Position numbers and translations under genes: made by a program. A stretch of 64,000 nt of DNA, from NCBI GenBank assembly GCA_964469295.1, contig CAYXYJ010000003.1:12595-76594 (forward strand), given 5' to 3'. The stretch comes from an uncultured Candidatus Saccharibacteria bacterium (lineage in GTDB: Bacteria; Patescibacteriota; Minisyncoccia; Phycocordibacterales; UBA918). Under the pieces are notes generated by a model. It was not told the origin of the DNA, ran no database searches, and saw nothing but the letters and a program-made list of their open reading frames with translations. Below, piece after piece: positions 37,355 through 45,479 of this stretch (its first letter is position 1; each line of letters opens with the position of its first letter).

Positions 37355-38449
37355 ATGAAAGTAACGGTCAATCAACAAGAACTCATCAACACCCTTGAAC
37401 TCTTAACACGGGTGAGTACCAAACACGTCACCTTACCTGTGTTGCAGTGTGTTCATATTAAAACGTTTGATACGAAAATAGTTTGTACTACCACCAATCT
37501 TGAAATTAGTATTGAATCACCAGTAACAGCAACCGTAATCGAAGCTGGTGTGGTAGCGGTCTACGCACAAACTTTATTACAGTCAATTCAATATAATACC
37601 CAAAAAGACATCACCTTAACGGCAGTTGATGGGGTGTTAAAAATTGAAAGTGGGCGAAGTGTTACAAAAATTAATACAATGGTGGCTGATGATTTTCCGA
37701 TTATTACTCACCTTGAAACCACAGGGGTGATGGTAAAAAGACAAACATTTGCTCTTGGTATTAAAACTGTTGCTTTCGCAGCGTCGGTATCATCTATTAA
37801 GCCAGAATTAGGAAGTGTCTTTATTCAACAAAAAAAAGAACATTCCCTTACCTTTGTAGCGACTGATTCATTTCGTTTAATGGAAAAAACCGTGCCACAA
37901 CAAGGGGTGATATTATCACAATCGCTTCTCGTTCCACAAAAAAATGCGATTGAATTAGCGCGGGTGTGTGAGGTGTTAACGGAAGATCCTGAACTTCTGG
38001 TTACTGATAATCAATGTGCTTTACGGTTTCCGAATGGGGTGTATGTTATTTCTCGCTTGGTAGCAGGAACTTTCCCTGATTATGAAGCAATTATTCCAAA
38101 AGAATATACCACTCATGTAACAGTGTTAAAACAAGACTTGGTGCAGTGTTTTAAAAAGACACAAATTTTCTTAAATAAATTTATGCAGGTGACTCTTGGA
38201 GTGTCTGATGGATCTTTGTTAGTATCGTCTCAAAACGGTGAATTAGGTACTACCGAAGATGTTGTGCGTGTGGATACTGAGGGATCTCCGTTAACACTTA
38301 ATTTTAATCAGCAGTACGTTCTTGATCCACTTTCACATATTACCGACGACAGTATTGTTTTACATTTTGCTGGGATTGGCAGACCGTTGGTATTAGGAGG
38401 GGTGGCTGATATATCTTTGCGGTATTTAGTGATGCCGATGAATCGATAA
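37355..38449 (+). CDS. dnaN: DNA polymerase III beta subunit (sliding clamp)
   Basis: 364 aa with three-domain clamp organisation. N-terminus MKVTVNQQELINTLELLTRV. Position immediately after dnaA. Confidence 0.9.
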   Translation: MKVTVNQQELINTLELLTRVSTKHVTLPVLQCVHIKTFDTKIVCTTTNLEISIESPVTATVIEAGVVAVYAQTLLQSIQYNTQKDITLTAVDGVLKIESGRSVTKINTMVADDFPIITHLETTGVMVKRQTFALGIKTVAFAASVSSIKPELGSVFIQQKKEHSLTFVATDSFRLMEKTVPQQGVILSQSLLVPQKNAIELARVCEVLTEDPELLVTDNQCALRFPNGVYVISRLVAGTFPDYEAIIPKEYTTHVTVLKQDLVQCFKKTQIFLNKFMQVTLGVSDGSLLVSSQNGELGTTEDVVRVDTEGSPLTLNFNQQYVLDPLSHITDDSIVLHFAGIGRPLVLGGVADISLRYLVMPMNR

Positions 38450-38453
38450 AATA

Positions 38454-38495
38454 AGAATAAAAGAACGGTGGCCATGGCCACCGTTCTTTTATTCT
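38454..38495. terminator. Bidirectional terminator gaataaaagaacggtggcc-atg-gccaccgttcttttattc
   Basis: A perfect palindrome between convergent dnaN and tyrS. Confidence 0.75.
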
Positions 38496-39727
38496 ACATT
38501 AATCAACACTCGATCTTTTTTACCGCGTCGTAATACGGCCAATCCTGAGGCGTATGATTCCAGGTTTTTCTCGCTATCAGTGATAATAACTTCATTAATA
38601 GCCACCGCACCGTTTTGAATAAATTCTCGCGCCGCTCGTTTACTGTCTGCTAACCCAACACTGATAAGGGTATCTGTAAGCGAATTATTTGCTGATAGTG
38701 TGACTGCTTTGCCACTTTTTGTGACAGCGGCAATAGTTTCGGCAGAAAGTGAAGAAATGGTAGTAGTGCCAAATAACACATCAGTCACAATCTTGGCGGT
38801 TATTAAGGCTTCCTCACCATGAATAAAACGAATTACCTCGTCCGCCAGTGTCCGTTGTGCGAGACGAAGACTCTTGTCATTGGTATGAGTTTCGGCAATA
38901 GCCGCAATATCATCAAGTGATAAGAATGTAAATAATTTTAGATAATCAACGACACTTTCATCGCTTGTATTAAGCCAGAATTGGTATAATTCGTATGGAG
39001 TGGTTTTGTGATCGCTTAACCACACCGCATTTCCCATACTTTTACCAAATTTTTTACCGGTGGCTTTATCAACGACCAGTGGCATCGTTAAGGCGTAGGT
39101 AGTGTCTCCGGTGACTCGACGAATTAAATCAATACCCGCGACCAGATTGCCCCACTGATCAGAACCGCCAATTTGTACGTCAGCGTTGTGAGTTTGGTGT
39201 AAATGTAAATAATCGTAGGCTTGTAAAAGAGAGTACGAAAACTCGGTATACGAAATACCATTTTCACTTTCCATTCGCTTCGCTACCGATTCTTTTTTAA
39301 TCATCGCGTTAACGGTAAAGTGTTTTCCGACATCACGCATAAAATCCAACGCCGATAGTTTTGACAACCATTCATAATTATTTACAAATGTGATGTCGCC
39401 GGTACTGACGGCACGGATGCCCTTTTCCATGACGGCGCATTGATCGGTGATTTTTTCTACTGACGCTAATTCCCGTTCAGTGTCACGACCAGAAGGGTCG
39501 CCAATCAGGGCTGTCCCGCCGCCAAGTAAGAGGATGACTCTATGTCCGTCATTCATAATGTGGTTTAACAACATAAACGGCACTAAGTTTCCGATATGAA
39601 TCGCATCTGCTGTTGGGTCGATTCCTAAATACACCGTCCGTTTGGTACCGTCTAATATGTCTGCGACAGTCGGGGCTGAATATTGGTAAATAAAGCCTCG
39701 AGCGAGTAATTCTTCGGATAAAGTCAT
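38489..39727 (-). CDS. tyrS: Tyrosyl-tRNA synthetase
   Basis: HIGNLVPFMLL (HIGH-class), KFGKS (KMSKS), and a C-terminal S4-like domain; 412 aa. Confidence 0.9.
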   Translation of the reverse strand: MTLSEELLARGFIYQYSAPTVADILDGTKRTVYLGIDPTADAIHIGNLVPFMLLNHIMNDGHRVILLLGGGTALIGDPSGRDTERELASVEKITDQCAVMEKGIRAVSTGDITFVNNYEWLSKLSALDFMRDVGKHFTVNAMIKKESVAKRMESENGISYTEFSYSLLQAYDYLHLHQTHNADVQIGGSDQWGNLVAGIDLIRRVTGDTTYALTMPLVVDKATGKKFGKSMGNAVWLSDHKTTPYELYQFWLNTSDESVVDYLKLFTFLSLDDIAAIAETHTNDKSLRLAQRTLADEVIRFIHGEEALITAKIVTDVLFGTTTISSLSAETIAAVTKSGKAVTLSANNSLTDTLISVGLADSKRAAREFIQNGAVAINEVIITDSEKNLESYASGLAVLRRGKKDRVLINVE

Positions 39728-39815
39728 GCGTTTACTGTATCACAACCGTATCGTCAAGTAACTAGACATTTTGTGCTACTATTGTTGGTATAATGAAATT
39801 ATTTTCTAAGTCTGT

Positions 39816-42077
39816 ATGCGTTTGTTACAACGAAGTTGGTGGAAAAAGCACTATAAAGACGTCATTATCGACGGGGTTATTGTTCTATTTGTTGGAATGG
39901 TATTACTTGTCAGTGTTGTATTGATTTGGGTATCAACTTTGGAAATCCCTGACCTGTCTTCATTTGAAGATCGTCGAATTTTACAATCAACCAAAATTTA
40001 CGATCGAACGGGTGAAATTTTACTCTACGATTTACACCAAGACGTTAAACGAACGATTATTCCGTACGAACAAATTTCTCGTCATCTTAAAAACGCTACG
40101 GTCGCCATTGAAGATGAACGATTTTATAGTCATTTTGGAATTGACATTCAAGCGATTCTCCGGGCGGCGTTGGTAAATACTTCCCAAGGAGATTTGCTTG
40201 GTGGACAAGGTGGGTCTACGATTACTCAACAAGTAATTAAAAACTCAGTTTTAGAAAACGAAAAGAAACTGTCTCGTAAAGTAAAGGAAGCAATTCTCTC
40301 AATAAAATTGGAACGGACTCTCTCAAAAGATGAAATTTTAGGTGTTTATTTAAATGAAGTGCCGTACGGAGGTACGATTTATGGGGTAGAAGAAGCGTCG
40401 CAGTCATTTTTTGGTAAAAAAGCGGCTGATGTGACACTCGCTGAGGCAGCGTATATTGCGTCACTTCCCCAGGCTCCAACCTATTTATCACCATACGGTA
40501 ATAATCGGGACGCGCTTGAAGCGCGCAAGCGAACAGTACTCGCCAAAATGTATGAACAAGGCATGATTACTAAAGAAGAATTTACGGCTGCCAATGATGA
40601 AGTCGTCACATTTTTACCCCAAGCGGTAACCGGTATTCGAGCGCCACACTTCGTGATGTTTATTCGAGAACAATTGGTCGAAAAGTACGGCGAAGAAGCA
40701 CTCGCCGAACGAGGATTTCGGGTTATTACTACTCTTGATTACACCTTGCAACAAGAAGCGGAAAGAATTGTGGCAGAAAAAGGTGCGTCAAATGTGGAAC
40801 GCTTTAAAGCCGATAATGCCGGTATGGTAGCCGTTGATCCAAAAAATGGTGATTTGCTCGTTATGGTGGGGTCACGCGATTATTTCAGTGAAGATATTGA
40901 CGGTAATTTTAATATCACTCTAGCAGAACGACAGCCGGGCTCTTCGATTAAGCCGTTTATCTACGCCACCGCTTTCAGTAAAGGGTATTTACCAAATACG
41001 ATTTTATTTGATGTAAAAACGCAATTTTCGCCACAATGTCCGCCGGATAGTTGGAGCTCTGAGTCACCATGTTATTCACCCAACAATTATAACGGTAAGT
41101 TTCTTGGTCCAATATCAATGCGTAATGCCTTGGCCCAGTCGCTCAATATTCCAGCGGTAAAAACTCTCTATTTAGCTGGAGTAAAAGACTCTTTAAAATT
41201 AGCGGCTGATATGGGACTCACAACACTTAATGATCCTGATCGGTATGGACTGACGCTCGTGCTTGGCGGCGGCGAAGTGCGATTGATAGATATGTCTTAC
41301 GCCTATGGGGTGTTTGCGAATGAAGGGGTGCGAGCTGAACCTCGCAGTATCCTTAAAATCGAGGATGCCCGCGGTAATTTGGTCTATGAAAGTAAAGTGG
41401 AAACTAAACGGGTACTTGATCGAAATGTCGCATTGATGATTAGTGATGTGTTAACCGATAATGTCGCGCGTACACCGTTGTGGGGAGCTAATTCTTTGGT
41501 TAATTTCACTACCCGAGATGTTGCTTCAAAAACTGGTAGTACAAACAATTTACGTGATGCGTGGCTGATGGGGTATGCCACCAATATTGCGGTGGGAGCG
41601 TGGGTAGGAAATAATGACAATAGTCCGATGGGAGGTGGGTTGTCTGGATTAATTGTGACGCCAATGTGGCGCGAGTTTATGGATTTTGCACTCGAAAAAC
41701 TACCAGACGAAAAGTTTGCTCAACCACAAATTGATTTAGCTGGCTCCAAACCAATTATTCGTGGAGATTATATTGATAGTTCGATGATAATTGAACAATT
41801 AAATGCTTCTCATACCGACCAAGTGAGTGCGGATGCAATTATCGGTAATATTCATAGTATTTTGTACTACGTCGATAAAAATAACCCAAATGGTCCTTAT
41901 CCAACCAATCCAGCCAATGATCCTCAATTTTATAATTGGGAGTGGTCAGTCCAACAGTGGAAAAATGCTACCTATGGGCCAATCTTATCACAAATCGCCA
42001 GTAGTACCTCGATAAATGACAACGATGATGAAGAAGAGGATGACGAAAATGAATCTCGGCCGCGTAATCGTCGATAA
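39816..42077 (+). CDS. Class A penicillin-binding protein (glycosyltransferase + transpeptidase), PBP1A-like
   Basis: GT51 motifs (EDERFYSHFGIDIQAILRA, GGSTITQQ), transpeptidase SSIKPF, SxN and KTG-like motifs, N-terminal TM anchor, acidic C-terminal tail. Confidence 0.9.
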   Translation: MRLLQRSWWKKHYKDVIIDGVIVLFVGMVLLVSVVLIWVSTLEIPDLSSFEDRRILQSTKIYDRTGEILLYDLHQDVKRTIIPYEQISRHLKNATVAIEDERFYSHFGIDIQAILRAALVNTSQGDLLGGQGGSTITQQVIKNSVLENEKKLSRKVKEAILSIKLERTLSKDEILGVYLNEVPYGGTIYGVEEASQSFFGKKAADVTLAEAAYIASLPQAPTYLSPYGNNRDALEARKRTVLAKMYEQGMITKEEFTAANDEVVTFLPQAVTGIRAPHFVMFIREQLVEKYGEEALAERGFRVITTLDYTLQQEAERIVAEKGASNVERFKADNAGMVAVDPKNGDLLVMVGSRDYFSEDIDGNFNITLAERQPGSSIKPFIYATAFSKGYLPNTILFDVKTQFSPQCPPDSWSSESPCYSPNNYNGKFLGPISMRNALAQSLNIPAVKTLYLAGVKDSLKLAADMGLTTLNDPDRYGLTLVLGGGEVRLIDMSYAYGVFANEGVRAEPRSILKIEDARGNLVYESKVETKRVLDRNVALMISDVLTDNVARTPLWGANSLVNFTTRDVASKTGSTNNLRDAWLMGYATNIAVGAWVGNNDNSPMGGGLSGLIVTPMWREFMDFALEKLPDEKFAQPQIDLAGSKPIIRGDYIDSSMIIEQLNASHTDQVSADAIIGNIHSILYYVDKNNPNGPYPTNPANDPQFYNWEWSVQQWKNATYGPILSQIASSTSINDNDDEEEDDENESRPRNRR

Positions 42078-42091
42078 ATTAAAATCCTCAG

Positions 42092-42382
42092 TTATATAAT
42101 CCGGACGGGCGCGCTCTCTACTCCCAGACGCCCTTTAAGGTGGTCAATAATTTCAGCTTCGTGACGACGTACTTCATGGACGACAATAGCGGGCGCTCCA
42201 GTGGCGAGGGTTCTGGTCGTCACCGTATAGCGACACTTGTCTTTGGTAATAGTGATACCGGTAACGTCAAAAATTACTTCTACAGCCGCGTCAATCACGC
42301 TCCCTTGTGGTGCTTTAAGTACGTTGCGGTATTTAGCAAATAAATCACCAGCTTTCACCAGTTCACGATGTCGGTGGGCCAT
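42092..42382 (-). CDS. DUF721/DciA-like small protein (tentative)
   Basis: 96 aa with size and pattern consistent with DUF721 proteins, which are typically near the origin and dnaN. Assignment from memory of the family pattern only. Confidence 0.35.
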   Translation of the reverse strand: MAHRHRELVKAGDLFAKYRNVLKAPQGSVIDAAVEVIFDVTGITITKDKCRYTVTTRTLATGAPAIVVHEVRRHEAEIIDHLKGRLGVESAPVRII

Positions 42383-42411
42383 ATGACATCATGATATGGC
42401 AGTACTGGTAA

Positions 42412-42446
42412 AAAAGAAAGGCCGGCGTACCGCCGGCCTTTCTTTT
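42412..42446. terminator. Terminator aaaagaaaggccggcg-ta-cgccggcctttctttt
   Basis: A perfect 16-bp palindrome overlapping the stop of the acidic-protein gene. Confidence 0.7.
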
Positions 42447-42783
42447 ACATCTCGTCGACGTCGTCAAATCGGTCAAAGTCAACATCCTCAGCATCCTCCT
42501 CGAGATCTTCATCCTCCTCGAGGCTGTCTTCGTCGTCTTCCTCTTCATCATCAGTATCTGATTCTGGTAATATACCAAATCCCTCCATTAAATCGTCCTC
42601 TGTATCAGTTTCATCGCCACCAACATCATCAAGTAAATCATCGGCTAACGTCGCGTCTTCATCTTCTGGTAATTCTTCTTCTAATTCATCGCCGTCGTTG
42701 TGTGTGACAAAATTGATCATATACATTACTACTGTTATGTGTGAAAGGTTGTACCAAAATCTCAGTTGGTTTGCAACTGTCAC
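42445..42783 (-). CDS. Highly acidic (Asp/Glu-rich) small protein, hypothetical
   Basis: About 80 residues downstream of MINFVTHNDGDE... are more than half D/E, with no hydrophobic core. Alternative starts at 42726 or 42720. Confidence 0.45.
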   Translation of the reverse strand: MTVANQLRFWYNLSHITVVMYMINFVTHNDGDELEEELPEDEDATLADDLLDDVGGDETDTEDDLMEGFGILPESDTDDEEEDDEDSLEEDEDLEEDAEDVDFDRFDDVDEM

Positions 42784-42795
42784 GTTCGCACGATT

Positions 42796-43275
42796 TTACC
42801 GATTTCGTCCGTGTTGTGCAAGGGCGGTAATACCAACAGCAATCGCATCGTATTCATCGTCTTTGGCATTAGTATGAATTGTTGGAATTAAACGTTTCAC
42901 CATGGCATAGACTGCATTTTTATCACTACTGCCATACCCGGTGACAGCAACTTTTACTTCTTGTGGTCCAAATTCAAAAATATCAAGCATTGCTTTGCTG
43001 GCTTCATAAATAATGACCCCTCGCGCTTGGGCTACACCAATACCAGTGGTAATATTTTTATTAAAATAGAGTGTTTCAACCCCCAAAGCTGTGGGTGAGT
43101 ACGTATTAATAATAGAAGCAACATGAGTACCAATAACCGCAATACGGTCAGATAAAGACGCTGCCCGGTCGGTTTCGAGGCACGTGGAAAATAGCAATAC
43201 TTCCTTTCCGTTTTGGTATTCTATGACAGCAACCCCACACCGATCATATCCGGGATCAATGGCTAATACGCGCAT
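42796..43275 (-). CDS. ruvC: Crossover junction endodeoxyribonuclease RuvC
   Basis: MRVLAIDPGYDRCGVAV... with the catalytic DPG, E and D/H residues. The ORF-track N-terminal extension (MGPLGPT...) runs through a terminator hairpin and is rejected. Start placed at ATG 43273-43275. Confidence 0.85.
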   Translation of the reverse strand: MRVLAIDPGYDRCGVAVIEYQNGKEVLLFSTCLETDRAASLSDRIAVIGTHVASIINTYSPTALGVETLYFNKNITTGIGVAQARGVIIYEASKAMLDIFEFGPQEVKVAVTGYGSSDKNAVYAMVKRLIPTIHTNAKDDEYDAIAVGITALAQHGRNR

Positions 43276-43296
43276 AAAGTAAGCATACCACGGAGT

Positions 43297-43330
43297 AAAA
43301 AGCGTGGGGCCTAAAGGCCCCACGCTTTTT
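43297..43330. terminator. Hairpin aaaagcgtggggcc-taaa-ggccccacgctttt between yebC and ruvC
   Basis: A perfect 14-bp stem. Possibly a partial terminator or attenuator inside the yebC-ruvC unit. Confidence 0.55.
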
Positions 43331-43880
43331 ACTCAATCTCTTCTTCCGTGCTATCAGCAGTGGTGAAAATTTCCTGTACGTCTTCTTGTTCTTCAATCGC
43401 TTCGATTAATGAGGCCAGCTTTTCGCCATCAGCATCAGACAGTTCAAGCGGATTTTGTGGAATATACCCGTCAGCCGTTTTGGTAAAAGCCCACATCGCT
43501 GTGCCAGGTGTGCCCAAGGTGAGTCCTTGTTTGGTAAAGATGTGGCGAATTTCGGGCGATGTGCGGTTGTTATTGTCCGTGACGGCAGTAATAATCATCG
43601 CGACGCCACCGGGGCCGAAGGCTTCAAAGACCACCTCTTCGAGATTGGCGCCGCCCGCGCCGGCACCTTTGGCGACGGCGCGATCAATGTTCTCTTTGGG
43701 CATAGAATCTTTTTTGGCCCGGTCAATCACTGCAATCAGTCCTGGTGAGGTCAGGTTCCCGTTACATTTGCGCGATTCCATGGCAATCAAGGCCGCGTGT
43801 TTGCTAAATACCTTACTCTTCTGTGCATCGGTCGCCGCTTTCTTGTGTTTAATCTTTGACCATTTGTTATGTCCACTCAT
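43329..43880 (-). CDS. YebC/PmpR-family probable transcriptional regulatory protein (short variant)
   Basis: MSGHNKWSKIKHKKAATDAQKSKVF... is the YebC N-terminus. At 183 aa it appears to lack roughly 60 aa of the usual middle region. Confidence 0.75.
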   Translation of the reverse strand: MSGHNKWSKIKHKKAATDAQKSKVFSKHAALIAMESRKCNGNLTSPGLIAVIDRAKKDSMPKENIDRAVAKGAGAGGANLEEVVFEAFGPGGVAMIITAVTDNNNRTSPEIRHIFTKQGLTLGTPGTAMWAFTKTADGYIPQNPLELSDADGEKLASLIEAIEEQEDVQEIFTTADSTEEEIE

Positions 43881-43922
43881 GCCCGTTTTTCTTAAGAGCG
43901 TAGCGAATTAGAAAAACGAGGC

Positions 43923-43958
43923 CGTCAGAATTGGCTATCCCTAATGCCAATTCTGACG
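43923..43958. terminator. Terminator cgtcagaattggc-tatccctaat-gccaattctgacg downstream of ruvB
   Basis: A 13-bp perfect stem followed on the minus strand by TTTTTCT. Confidence 0.65.
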
Positions 43959-43998
43959 TCGTTATCTAATCGTTGCGCGTGATTAATCTCCGATTCTA

Positions 43999-45012
43999 TT
44001 ACTTTAGTATATTTTGTAAATGTGTGTAAGCGGTAGCACTCGCTACTCGACCGCGGGGTGTTCGTTCAATGAGGCCTTGGCGAATGAGATATGGTTCGAT
44101 GACGTCTTCGATAGTTGACTGTTCTTCGCCAGTAGCGGCGGCGATGGTATTTAGTCCCACTGGCCCACCGCCGAATTTATTAATGATGGCATCAAGGACG
44201 GATCGATCGGGTCGAGTCAGTCCGAGCGTATCAATATCAAGTAATTGAAAGGTGCGGGTAATAATTGTTTCATCAAGGTCGCCTTTTTCTAATTGCGCCA
44301 AATCCCGGCACCGTTTTAACAAATAATTGGCTGTCCGTGGGGTAGCTCGGCACCGTTTCGCAATCGTCGCCAAAATCATGGTGTTGCTCGACACTCCGAT
44401 CAAGTTGGCCGATCGAACGAGAATCTCAGTGATTTCTTCATTCGAATAAAATTCAAGTCGGAAGGTGCCACCAGAAAACCGTGAACGGAGTGGCGCGGAC
44501 AAAAGTGAAATACGAGTCGTTGCCGCCACCAAAGTAAATGGCGGGAGTTCCAATTGCACCGTGCGAGCCGATGGTCCTTTGCCAATAATGATATCAAGGA
44601 CGCCTGATTCCATGGCGGGGTAGAGCACTTCCTCGATGCTTTTTGATAGGCGATGGATTTCGTCAATGAATAATACGTCTCCAGGTGATAGGTTGGTCAA
44701 AATTGCTGCGAGATCAGCGACTCGTTCAATTGCCGGACCAGAAGTCGTTTTCATATTGGTGCCAAGGGTGCGGGCAATGAGATGGGCGAGAGTGGTTTTC
44801 CCAAGACCGGGTGGTCCATATAATAAAATGTGCTCGGCGGCGTGCCCGCGTTCTTTGGCTGCTGTCAGCAAAATACGGAGGTTTTCTTTGATTTTTTCTT
44901 GCCCGATGTATTCGTCCCAGTGTTGCGGGCGCAATGTCTGGTCGAGGTGTCCAGCGTCGTCGCGAGTAATTGGTTTTTCGGTGGCCATGGACTGTAGTAT
45001 AGCAAAAAGCAC
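43999..45012 (-). CDS. ruvB: Holliday junction DNA helicase RuvB
   Basis: LLYGPPGLGKTTLAHLIA (Walker A), FIDEIHRL (Walker B), and a C-terminal winged helix; 337 aa. Confidence 0.92.
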   Translation of the reverse strand: MLFAILQSMATEKPITRDDAGHLDQTLRPQHWDEYIGQEKIKENLRILLTAAKERGHAAEHILLYGPPGLGKTTLAHLIARTLGTNMKTTSGPAIERVADLAAILTNLSPGDVLFIDEIHRLSKSIEEVLYPAMESGVLDIIIGKGPSARTVQLELPPFTLVAATTRISLLSAPLRSRFSGGTFRLEFYSNEEITEILVRSANLIGVSSNTMILATIAKRCRATPRTANYLLKRCRDLAQLEKGDLDETIITRTFQLLDIDTLGLTRPDRSVLDAIINKFGGGPVGLNTIAAATGEEQSTIEDVIEPYLIRQGLIERTPRGRVASATAYTHLQNILK

Positions 45013-45169
45013 ATATAAATGTGGTAACTTGACAAAAAGTCCATACTATGCTAATATGGATTTATACGGTTCTCTTGTTCACAGTGTTATTGCCCTTGCA
45101 ACTCATACTGCTGATATCGGTCTATTACAGTCAAAATAAAAAACGCTCAACAAGAGCGCGATTTTTGTG

Positions 45170-45325
45170 TCTTTTCCATCGAGAAGATAACTCTCTAAGC
45201 AACGCGAATACGTTGCGAGGATTATTGGGGTTCCTCCCTTTGAGGAGGGTGACTCTGGAATTCCTTAGCGCGGTATTCACTTTCAATACGGAAGCTTGCT
45301 TAGAGAGTTATACTCTCGATCAGTC
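45170..45325. ncRNA. Candidate structured RNA element (~155 nt) closed by a 16-bp perfect helix
   Basis: ataactctctaagcaa (45187-45202) pairs perfectly with ttgcttagagagttat (45295-45310), extendable by tcgaga/tctcga. Inside are at least three local hairpins (caacg-cgaata-cgttg; cctcc-ctttg-aggagg; gtatt-cactttc-aatac). A terminator-like hairpin cgctc-aacaa-gagcg with flanking A/T runs lies at 45143-45157. The only ORF here (45048..45392) is implausible. Confidence 0.35.
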
Positions 45326-45432
45326 ACTGCGTTATTTTGTACAGAGAACAAAACGTGCGTTGACTATAGCGCACTCGTTCGTGACTGACTAGATTGACCA
45401 ACTGCAGTTTTGTAGTTGGGATTAAGTCAAGT

Positions 45433-45479
45433 AAACGACAAACGCGGACGGCCCAAAGGGCCGTCCGCGTTTGTCGTTT
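45433..45479. terminator. Terminator aaacgacaaacgcggacggccc-aaa-gggccgtccgcgtttgtcgttt
   Basis: A perfect 22-bp palindrome directly after the pilB stop. Confidence 0.8.

Noticed and set aside
42796-43323. Longer RuvC start at 43323 (MGPLGPTLFTPWYAYF...)
   Set aside because: The extension runs through the 43297-43330 terminator palindrome and precedes the conserved MRVLAIDPG N-terminus. The internal ATG at 43273-43275 was chosen.
45048-45392. 114-aa plus-strand ORF in the ruvB-pilB intergenic region
   Set aside because: The sequence is dominated by nested inverted repeats, which means a structured RNA. The predicted protein is Leu/Ser-rich with no motifs. It is treated as non-coding.
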